Shown here in pieces: positions 11,800-22,354 of a stretch of DNA of 25,066 nucleotides. Under the pieces are notes generated by a model that was given only the letters and a program-made list of their open reading frames with translations, did no database searches and was not told the origin of the DNA. Position numbers and translations under genes: made by a program. The stretch spans positions 8,261,787-8,286,852 of the forward strand of contig OZ199840.1 in assembly GCA_964304625.1 (NCBI GenBank), in the 5' to 3' direction. Numbering within the stretch: position 1 is the stretch's first letter; each line of letters opens with the position of its first letter. The stretch is from Kudoa neothunni (lineage: Eukaryota; Animalia; Cnidaria).

Positions 11800-12508
11800 T
11801 TAAACATTCCGTGAAGTATTAAAATGATAAAATAGACGAAAAATTAGCATCTATAACATTCAGTCTCAAAATATTCATACATTATATTAATATTTAAATT
11901 TTCATTGGTTTTTTCATACGCAATTTAACAACTGCATGAAGCAGAATATTTTATTTGTTTCCTTCCAAAACTTATTTTAATCGCGCAATAAATAAATGTT
12001 TTTTCACTTTTTAAATGAATGCTTACATAAAAACACTATAATTATTATAGAAAAAAATGAAGTTTTAGTAACAAATTGAACGACATTAACATAATTTAAT
12101 GATTCTAAAAGTGAGGATCTTTATTTTGTATTAAATAACAACTATAGTATTGAATTATTGTATCAAATTTACATCAGTTATTTATTAAGGAAAGTTAATC
12201 GGATCATATATTTATTTATCAATAAAAACTGACTAGAAAATTAAATAAAAAACCATTAATAATAGTCACCTGGTAGAAATAATATCCGTTTAATTTTTGA
12301 GTTATTCTTTTTGTGATATATTTTCATTTTTCTTCGAACAAAAATGTAAAACTTAATTCAGCAATTATAGATAATAAGAACATGATATGAGTTAAGAATT
12401 ACTGCATTAGAATAAAGCACGCTGTTGAAGTGGTTGAATAAAACCAACCGTTAAATAAAACCAATAAAAATTTAAACATCCTAATAGTGATAAAAAAATT
12501 CTACTCAA

Positions 12509-15500
12509 TCAACAGCCGAGATTTTGCTGTTTTTCAATGTTCATGTAGAAACAGTCGTCACATATCCGTTTTTTTGGTGTATTTTTCATGAGTTGTACAA
12601 AATTGTTACAGCATTTCTTACAAAAAATTCGTCCACATTTTCGACAATGATGCTAAATACACGAGTGTTTATCATCTTGAGAAATAAACGGAGACAATAT
12701 AATTAGAAACCTTTCTAACAATGCTTGAGAAAGATACATTGCAATGTGTGCACAGATTCACCAAGGAGTCATCAATCCATATGGATTGCTAAATTTAATG
12801 AATGATTTCCAACATGCCTAATTCATTGTATCTATTACTTCACTGACAGAAATTATTTCTCTGTATTGTTGGTTGGATAGCAACAATCTAGACATATTAA
12901 TGTAACTCAAGATAATCACTGTCAAACGATTACTTTTGTAATTTAGATGATAACGCATCAACAACCTATCTCAGAACTCAGTTTCAGTTAACTGTGTAAA
13001 AGCGACGCAACCAAAATTACATTTTCCTGCTCAAAAGTTTGATTTTGGAGTTTTTTACAGTGGAAAATTAACGAGCAGGTATCCTAAAATAATGGTCCTT
13101 ATTTTTATTAAACTAATTACGAACTACTGCAATTAGTAATGATTGATATTGCATTATTTCGTTGCTTAGAGCTTGTTGTTCTAATAATTCAAGTCTGTAT
13201 TGATTATTTTCTTCCTTACTACAACAAAATATATGTAAGAGTCAATAAATGTTGATTACATTTTTTCAATATCAATATTTTGCGAAGGCGGATCATCGAG
13301 GTTGTTAAAATTGGCTTGAGGGGGTTTTAAAGGCGAACTTGTGATCATATTAGAATGCGACTTTAATTCACATATATCCGAGCTGTTTTCTATCAATTTC
13401 AACAGTTGTTTTGGGTCAAACTAATCCAAATCAACCTTTTTCCGTTAAAAGATAATACCTCATTGATTGGATTTTGAAGAGCCATCTTTAAGGATGTCAG
13501 TTGAAGACGAGCTATACTGAGCAATTTATCTTTTTCTTCATTGGACTTTTGTAGGTTTAGCACTTCATTCTATCAATCAATTATTATTATTTGACGCATA
13601 ATAAATCTTATTTTTAATGATTTTATGGAAAAATTAACTTTAATTAACAATGCAAGAGAGATAAAGAAATATGTAATTATTTTTTAGCATCGCGTAATAG
13701 TTTATTAGTAAAATTCATTTAATCAAATATTTTACGAGTATAAAATTATTAAAAAATAGAATATAAACTATTATAATTTATATAGCTAATTTCAATTTCT
13801 AAATGTTCTATTAATTAATTCCTGCATTAAAAAAATTCAATACAATGATGAATAAAAAATTTGTAATATATTTAAATTATTAAAAATGACCCCATAAAAA
13901 ATTGTAAATAAATTGAAAATTAAACATAATTATATTATTATTAAATTTTCAACCCTGTTTTTACAAATAAAATGTTACCACAGGAAAATATGTGATATTT
14001 TATATTTGAGAAAATAACCAAACGATTATGCGATAAAATAAATCAAACCGCGAACAAACAAATGCAAAGATAATATAATTATTTGAATATTTGCATTAAA
14101 TATTATTTTGATCGATTTTATTTGCACGAAATTTCCAATTTGCATGATATGGAGTGCATTCCCGTTAATCCATTTAAAGATTTACCCGGACAAATAAAAA
14201 ATATACTTTCAACAAGAGATTATTAGGAAGACCTTAATTAACATAAATATTATTATTGTAAGTTATGACTAAAAATTTCAAATAAATGTTAACAGTCGAT
14301 TTTTAAGGGTGTTTTATTTTAAATAATTTGTTCCACAACAGAGACATATGGTAGAACGTTTTCCACGCGGATACGAGTGTTAAGCTATACATTAAAAGTT
14401 AAACATACAAAAAATCAATTACCTACTCTATTTTTTAAAATTTCATATCAATTTAATAATTTATTTTTGTCTCTATAATAATTCTTGATCAATGTTTTAG
14501 TCATTCAAAATTTTATGTTGATAATACATATAACGTAACATTGATCGAATCATGATTTTAACTTTTATTGCAATAATTGTGAAATTCACAATTGTGGTAC
14601 ACATATGGTACATATCATATATGGGTATGAAAGGGTTAAATACGATTTTATTTATATGCATAGTTTAAGAGTAGATACGATTAAACAAATTTCGTTACAA
14701 TAATTGTTAGTAATCTAAAACATTACTGAAACTTATTCAAAGTGTTACAGCCTAAAAGAGCGTCTATCCACTCGAATAAACTAATATCTCGATACGTCAT
14801 TTCGTTTGCTTTCGCCGGTACCAGCTTTGTGAATTTTAATTTCTTAAATGAATAAAAAACTTCCCATATCTTTTAAGGAGATGGTTATTGGCACGGTAAA
14901 TAATATTCTGGTGACATTAGTTTTAATTATATTTAATTATTTCTGGACCCTAAGAGTGAAGTGATGGGTCAGAAATAATAAAATTTAGCAGATTCTAAAA
15001 ATTAGATCTGTAAACAACTTGTGAGTAGGAGTTGCAAAGATCAAAAAATAAAAATATTACCAACGCAAGTTTTTACATTATAAAATATCGAATTGCGTTA
15101 ATTCCACAATACAGACCGAAATAAAATTGAGATATCAAAAGTCTGAATACATTATTTACTAAATTGATGAATGACATAATTATTTCAAACTTATTATTTA
15201 ATTTTATTCCAATTTTTAAAAATTTTAAAATTATATCCAAATATATTTTTATCTCAACTAAGCTTTGTTTTAAATAAAAAAACTATTTCACGCAAGCGCC
15301 ATAATATGAAATATCATTTTTTATGTGAGATTACTTGGATTGTTTTTATGTACATTGAAAATTCATGTGTTTCATTTGTGTGATTCTTAAAAATGCGCAA
15401 TCAAACGCAAAAATAAAAAAACTAATAAAAACCTCATATTTTGGGAATTCATCAATATTTGTAGCGGATGCAAAATTATTCCTACGATAAATCGTCTTGT

Positions 15501-16474
15501 GAGAACCAATTTGACCACATTCAATATCATCGAAAGAGTTAATACTGCATGGTGTACTTATATCAAAAAATGCTTCTGTTTGAATTGATTTATTTGTGGC
15601 AGTGTCATCGGACATGTCCCCTCTAATAGACAACAATATTATAGGTGATCATTGAGAAGAGGGAGCGCTAAACAATTGGATACATTGCATTTGTTGAGTT
15701 GATCGGTTTGGCGCCATACAGATATTTCATACTTATCTCATTGTGCTAAAAAATCAAAACTATTTTCACCACACACACACACACACAATTACCTTATAAT
15801 AATCCAAACTACATATATCAACCACAATACCAAGATCACACACTAAAGCCAGAAAATTTATCATTTTTAGGTATGAGGAATGAACCAAAAATGCTTTGGT
15901 TTCGTAATTTTCACTAAATAATTTAAAATCGGTTGGTCTAATTTATTCCACTATTTTATGAGTTACTAGAATTGAATCTTTTTCGACAGAAACCACTTGA
16001 GATGTTTACATATCTCTTTCTTCATTATTCCGTCCATTATCCATGACATCAATTTCGAATCATCATAGTCTCTAGGTAAAATTAAATTTCATCTCACCTA
16101 CCCAACTCAACCAAGGTAATCAATCACTTGGTCAACGGTGGTAAACTTTGGATAGTTTCAATTGATTCTGACATTGATTTTGGCCATTGGTTTTGATAAT
16201 ATAAAATCACACGCCACAGGCTTGGTTTGCCCCCTGTTAATCTTTTCCCTAATCGCACATCAACCTACTATCAACGCAGATCCCCTCAACTTTTTACGCC
16301 ATGATACAGGCAATTTTTCACCGACAGCAGCAAATACAGGATTTGTCTTTCACATAAAATTGGATTATCTTTTGTGCCCTGATGCTGCATCTCTTCACGC
16401 ACTCGATACGCACATGTTTCCACTATGAAAAGAAGATTCTCTCTTTTGATCGAGTGGTATTTGTCAATCGACAT
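12509..16474 (-). CDS. RUFY: RUN and FYVE domain-containing protein (RUFY-like), about 520 aa; exons 16474-16291, 16248-16128, 16071-15967, 15913-15793, 15745-15684, 15622-15433, 15385-15335, 13569-13459, 13420-13260, 13218-13128, 13083-13021, 12965-12934, 12887-12839, 12788-12711, 12652-12509
   Basis: Fifteen exons joined by GT-AG introns give 1563 nt of uninterrupted frame. RUN domain: RENLL...VKNCLYHGVKRK...LWRVI...IQSLP..KLMSWIMDGIMKKEICKHLKWFL..FYENYETKAFL. The middle region is rich in E/Q/K/L. FYVE domain: WIDDSLVNLCTHCNVSFSSIVRKHHCRKCGRIFCKKCC...KRICDDCF. A few donors in the middle region have in-frame alternatives. Confidence 0.92.
15770..15787. repeat. (CA)9 microsatellite inside the 47-nt RUFY intron 4
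   Basis: Read directly. Confidence 0.9.
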
Positions 16475-16508
16475 GGCAAATAAAATAAACCAATAGAATA
16501 AATTTCTA

Positions 16509-16518
16509 ACGCATGCGC
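16509..16518 (-). promoter_or_regulatory. GCGCATGCGT, NRF1-like element 34 nt upstream of the RUFY ATG
   Basis: Plus strand ACGCATGCGC. Same 10-mer and same orientation relative to transcription as at PPP1R2. An ATTGG/CCAAT lies between it and the ATG (16490-16494). Confidence 0.65.
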
Positions 16519-18167
16519 GCGTTTATTACGTATTTTGGATTATGATTAAATATTCGCAGTCTAATTTTGTCTGTACTGGGCTTAGAAATAGGAGTTAGAG
16601 TCATCTGCACGAAGTTCGAATTAATAGAGTATTCTAAGCGAATTTTTGATGATAAAACCTACCATTGGAGTTGATATATTTTTAACGAGCATTCATTCAC
16701 CGGCTGAATCGTAAATATAATTTAGAATTATCAACCAGTCAAATACTAATACTAAGTTTAGCAGATCTAAATAAAAAGATTAATTAATTTCATAGTTGAA
16801 CTATAAAATGCATAAAAAATTAATGTTAATAGTTTAATTATTAAAATATTAAAATATTGAGTTCAAGGGAACATATTATATTCAAATATTCGCCGTATAA
16901 CCAAAGTCTTTTTTATGTATAATATATTATTTATACGCCCAAACCGGATAATTCTAGACAATAAATAAATTTCGTTGTAATCTCATTATCACGATATCGC
17001 ATAGGTTGAAATGTTTTCGTTCAAATAATCTCAATTAGAGTACTTACAATTCATTACTAATATATTTATAGCTTAACTGGAACAAAATTAAATTAATAAG
17101 ACGATTATTATTTAATGTGGATTGTTTGAATTTTAAAAATACTTCGTGATTATGAGCGTTATAGTTAGTTGGTATAAGATATGAATTTATTTTAGGATTT
17201 TTTCAAATAATATTAATTTTGAATAACAGTCTAATATTGTGAAGATATTATCATCGGCAGTGATAAGATGAGTGTTTACATTGATGAGTATAAAGATAGC
17301 AAACACAAGATTATGTGTAATTGCAGTGAAAGAATGCTTCAAGAGTTATTCCACATTACATGCTTCTATGAGTGTCTTACAGCCAAACACGTCAGTGCAT
17401 ATATGGGTAGAACTTCTGAAACGCATACAATCACAATCAAAAGGACTTGGGTGCAGTTATGTATGAGGTTTTACCACCTCAGTAAATGAATATGACCCTG
17501 TTTCTATAGATGCGATCAACTTATTTCTCCCTAAGTTGAAATGGAGGGGGAATAATTAAAGTGGTCTTAGGAACAATTTATAGAGTCTCTTAAAATAGTT
17601 TTACGTGATATTGTCTTGGGGTGAATTATTATTGGATATTATTTAATTGATATTAATATTGAATATAATCTTGTTTGTTTGGTTTATAATCTATTATTTA
17701 CGCACGGATTAATCGGCGAATATCAAATTTTTGCAAAGATTTCACTGCGATTGTTATCATTTTCGTTTGAAAACATATCATCAGAATCACCCATGTCTTA
17801 GAATTGGATTTGATTCGGCGTGAGTCGCCCTATTGGCAAATTAATTCTTTACTTTTAAATTATTTGATAGATAGGATTTACTTAAATTATAATATTTTTT
17901 GTTGATTTTGGTGAAATAAAATTGTGCTGGCTAATATTTTTTTTGTTTACAAAGTCAACCCACTGGCGCAACTTGTTAGGTTGTAGGGCGGGGGTCCGAG
18001 ACTCACGCCTTGAGCCAGCGTAAAAATTCTATGCCCACGCGCTTTTATACGTAATGTACCGATTCTGAGTAACCAGAATCTCGCTCGAAAACATTATATG
18101 CGAATCTTGCGCAATCAAACTAGAAACTAAAATGAGTCCGACAAACAAATACAGTAATATACAGATA

Positions 18168-18865
18168 CAGTAAGGGACCGGTCGTACAAACATTAGTTAT
18201 TTCACATATTAAAAGGTTCTCTCGCATTTAAAATGATTTAAAAAATGATTTAATGTTATTGTTACTCGCATTAAATAATTTGTATGCATAATTAATACGA
18301 AAAAATGAAAAATAAAAAGTCGTGTGAGGAATGGTCGTACGTAGCTTTTGCTTTGACCGCGTGATTAAATTAAGCGTTTTCTTTCTTTTTATCACGATTA
18401 GACAGTTAGTAGGTTTTTATAATTACATCAATGTGGTAGCTTGTTGTAAAATGAAGGATAACATTGAAACATGTTGTCGATACATAATAATGTGGTTTAC
18501 AATGATATCCTCTCTAATTCATAGAAATAACAATAGCGCAATAACAGTCCCTCCCCAATAATTTAGAAACGGATGATGATTTTATTGATCAAAAATTGAG
18601 TCTTTCAGAGATGGCCTCATTTTGTTTAGAACGGCTTGGCAACTATTTTAAACATCATGACTCAAAAAAGTGCGAGTTAATGTCTGATTCTATTCTAGAT
18701 GTTTATTCATTTTGAAATCGTAATTTTAAACAAAAAAATAATTTTCTTTTCATTAATATTTAAGTTATAACTAGTTTTGTGTTTTAATTTTTTTGTGAGC
18801 TTGCGCATAAAGTACGCACAATTTTCTCATCCCCAAGGGGATTACGTACGACCGATCCATTACTG
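18168..18865 (+). mobile_element. Tc1/mariner-pogo-type non-autonomous element (698 bp)
   Basis: TA|CAGTAAGGGACCGGTCGTAC ... GTACGACCGATCCATTACTG|TA: 20-bp TIR with 2 mismatches and a TA TSD. An internal copy of GGTCGTACGTA lies at ~18333. Confidence 0.9.
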
Positions 18866-20143
18866 TAGTCATTGGATGAACTTTATAAAAAATTAATTTG
18901 TTTCCAATATAGTATTTTCTATTTATTAGCATATGAAATAATGCTAATTTATTTATTTATTAAATTAAATCATATTCAATCGAAAGACAAATTTTATGAA
19001 ATTTTTACTTTTTAATGGAAAAGATAAAACTTATGAAATGTTTTAAAATCGATCGATTTCTTAATAATCGTGTTTTATATTGTTAAGTAAACTGTAAGAC
19101 AAATAAGAATTTCATCTTAATTAGTATTCAAGATTAAGTTTTTTATTTTTTGTTGAATTATTTTAATTTTTTTATTTCAAATTAGAATAAGTTGGTAATC
19201 AAAAACTATATAAACTAAAACCTTACATTCGAGAATGAGTTACATGTTTGTTTCCCTCATTTGATTTTTCGATTTATAATTAAAAAAATGATTATAAAAA
19301 GTAATATCCCGCCCAAGCAAAATTATTTACATATAGTTTGGACGAAAATATTAATATATTTTTTCCTTCACAAATTATTATTTATACATATCTTAGGTTA
19401 ATAAGGAGCCTTGTTTTGACCTAATTATTTCCCCAAAACAAAAAAGTTAAAACATTTAATTTATTATCAATTGTATTCATTTTATTTACAGTCATTTTCC
19501 TATTAAAATAGAAGGCTTTTTTTCCATTTAATTTTATTAGAAATATTTCTTCCGCCTAAAAAAATCCACTTTTAAAGCTCCTTTTGAGAAGGGGTCCGGA
19601 GCTGTCCTCGTAAGTGGTAGAGGTGCGATAATTAAAATGAATTCCGAAGCGCTGCATTATTATATGATCCTGGCGATATGTTGTCACATTCAGTTTCTTT
19701 TCTTCTTTCCAATCAACGTTTAAGTTACTAATGTAGAGATTGAACTATTTAGGAATTATCCGCCACAACAAAAGAGAACTTCCTACAAAAAACAGACCTT
19801 CGTATATTCCTACTTTTACTTTTTTAAATTTTGGTATTATATGTTAATAAAAAGTGCGATCTGTTGTTATTTTATCAAATGGCAATCCAACACAACGGAT
19901 GAAAGAAATCATGTTAAACCAGAGGTGGTCATTTGACGTAACAAAACGAGAGGTGGTATTAATACTATGGATCACAAGCTAGCTTCAGTTTACATTTGAA
20001 ATTTTAATAGAAGACTACCAACGGTTGTCTTTTACAGCATTTTAGATTTTTCATTGGTTGACGCCTTTTCTCTATCGTTGAAACTATTTACAATGATAAA
20101 ACTAAGCTTCGGCGTAATTTCTTGAAAGAACTATCAACTGATC

Positions 20144-21185
20144 GGCTAAACTGCAGTTTGGGGCTATTCTTCGGCAATTGTCAGATATAGTCGCGCAAAA
20201 TAAAATAAAATATGTAAAATACATTATCAATGGAGATATAATTCATTAATTGTTAATATATATATATTTTAAAAGTTTCAATAATGAATTTTCTTTTTAA
20301 ATGATATTCTGAGAGATAAGAACCCATCAATTCTGACCTCTTGTTGGTGATGTGGCGATACTTTCTTTTCACTGTCCCCAAATGGCTTCGATGCGATTAG
20401 TATGAACTCCATCCATTCTTTTGAAGCCATCTTTATGGATCATAACTTCGTGTTGATAACCAATAAGGGACAAATCCTTGTATCCCTTCCAACCATCCGT
20501 CCAAATCATCGAGCCCAATTCAACATTATTCAAGATGATATTTTCCAGCGTAGGTTTGTCTCGAACATCTGTAATTTGCTGGAAAATATTGCCATTGTTG
20601 TCAATTCCTCCAACAAGACTGGTTGACCAAAATTCTTCCACGATGGTATTTTCTTCTGCAGATAAATGACTCATCGATTTGAACAACTAAGCCAGGAGAA
20701 CCGATTTTTTCGCGATGGGAGTCTAAGTATTCAGAGTAAATTTCTCGGATATACTGCATCCAATCAATTACAGTGTGCTCAGAACCAATGTCCAGCTGTC
20801 TACATATTGTTCTATATGACATATTTATGTCGTTCAGATTAAAATACATCAGGGCAAATATCTGCCACAACGATAAATGTGACCCCTCAAAAAAGGTTCC
20901 ATTTCTGATGGAACATTTCTTTTTGCAAACGCCGCAAAAAAATACGTACAAATCATTTTTATTTTTTTGATTTATCAGATACATATCTGATGAACATTTG
21001 TTGCACTTTTTAACTTTTGGCAGCAGCCCCAAATTTTGTAGCGTGTTAAAAAGTTTTTCAAAATCGGATTTTAAAAGAAACAAGTCTTCTAATAACATAG
21101 TGTCTACTGAAAACCCCATTTTAAAAACTGATGCGCGACTATATCTGACAATTGCCGAAGAATTACCCCAAACTGCAGTTTAGCC
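20144..21185 (-). mobile_element. Merlin (IS1016/ISXO2-like DDE) transposon, 1042 bp, 54-bp TIRs, 9-bp TSD CAACTGATC
   Basis: TIR GGCTAAACTGCAGTTTGGGG..ATTCTTCGGCAATTGTCAGATATAGTCGCGCA at 20144-20197 and inverted at 21132-21185 (52/54). TSD at 20135-20143 and 21186-21194. Confidence 0.96.
20285..21119 (-). pseudogene. Merlin transposase with a frameshift (~20618) and a premature TGA (20369-20371)
   Basis: Zn ribbon CNKC...CGVC, SIRNGTFFEGSHLSL, VVQIDES (D), RRKYHRGR, VGGID, IWTDGWKGY (D), HTNRIEAIW (E). After the stop it continues KEKYRH...MGSYLSEY. Confidence 0.92.
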
Positions 21186-22354
21186 CAACTGATCTTTATA
21201 AATCCCTGTTCGACAAAAGTATAAACTCAAAAATGGTCGCCAAAAAGTCTAATATTCTTATTAAAAATAAGGATTTAATTCCCAATGAAAAATAAGGGAA
21301 AAAACGATACCAACTTAATCTTCATCAAAATGAAAGAAAGGATTCAGTTTATGAACGTTTTACTGTATGAAAAATTAGTCAACAAATGTTAAAGTTGTTA
21401 AAGAGTCGCCGCCATAATAAACTTTCTTCTAAGTACATAAATAGTATTTATTAATATCTTGATTTAGTTTTTGATTGCGTGAACGTGCTCGAAGATAACA
21501 ATAACTCATTTATCAGATTAAAAGCGTTTATCAGTATAATGATTGTTATTTCGTTACAAAAAATAGTCGCATACAAAAATTTTAGTTTGACAAGTTTATC
21601 TATGATGGTTTTCGAAATATGATCAAAAATAATTGGATGATGTAGACTTTTTGGCATCATTAGAGACTAGATTTCTTAAATTCTAAAAAAATTGTTACGA
21701 TATTTAAAAATAATTAAAGTATCTTATCATTCCTTAAAAATTTATTAGTTCTATGTTAACAGTTATTACCTGAATTATATACAAAGGAAGATATCAAACA
21801 AATTCAATTTTGCGCGCACAATATGTGTAAAAATAGATAAGTAACCAATTTTTCTCATTTGACCCCATCCACAAAAACATTGTGTAATAATTTTGAATGT
21901 AAATTTTAATTTCAACCGCATTTTTTATTCTTGAGTTGGCTTAACGACTTTAAAAGAATTATCCGGTAAACAAGGTTTTAGTGAATATTCATACAAATGG
22001 ATTAATGCGTGGTGAAAATTATTAAGGATTGAGCTTCGAACCTTCAATTAATCGTAGAAAAATTAACATATAAAATAATTGGCGGGCCATAAGAAACTAG
22101 CTGACTCGCATAAGAGGAAATATGGAGCGTAGTTACGTAATTTAAAAAATTGTTAATAGGGTAAAATCTTCGCACACGGATGATAGATCCGAGCACAAGA
22201 GCATTAATTTATCAACAGATTAGTTTTTTGTGTTAGTCGGAGTAATCTTGAGTCTGTCTGCCCCCATTTTTGGATAAATAAAAGGAGAAGTTTTTCTATG
22301 TTATGTTATAGACGCAAAAATAATATAACCTTAGCATAATACAAAAAAATCTAT

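Larger units (their letters stand above)
19670..21420 (+). mobile_element. highly decayed piggyBac transposase (C-terminal half), split by the Merlin element; boundaries approximate
   Basis: Fragments: YVVTFSFFSSF...LNYLGIIRHNKRELP; RSVVILS; KPEVVI*RNKTRGGINTMDHKL...NRRLPTVVFYSILDFSLVDAF; KLRRNFLKELSTD. These match the piggyBac motifs DNFFTS / GT.R.NKRE.P / KPE.I.YYN.TKGGVD..D / RRWP..F / RR.FL.EL. Confidence 0.85.

Noticed and set aside
2031-11803. A giant composite piggyBac capturing PPP1R2 (ends CCTCCTAA.. and ..TTAGAAGG, both TTAA-flanked)
   Set aside because: Only 7 of 8 terminal bases match before the sequences diverge. The 11799 end is more simply explained by the adjacent piggyBac fragment at 10916-11350.
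16162-16428. Plus-strand ORF with a signal-peptide-like start (likewise 12524-12706)
   Set aside because: Antisense shadows of RUFY exons.
17985-18085. RNase P CR-I-like GGTCCGAGACT, U12-like GATTC..GAATC hairpin, tRNA-like arm
   Set aside because: No P4 partner or CR-V, no U12 branch-point recognition sequence, and no cloverleaf. Kept only as an unassigned candidate.
20402-21183. Several plus-strand ORFs over Merlin, and minus ORFs 22296-22803 and 24008-24235 over SLC7
   Set aside because: Antisense or alternate-frame shadows of identified coding sequence.
20144-21185. Bacterial IS1595/ISXO2 contamination or a prokaryotic system (CRISPR, operon)
   Set aside because: The element sits with a TSD inside a eukaryotic piggyBac among intron-containing genes. 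No repeat-spacer array or operon structure was seen.
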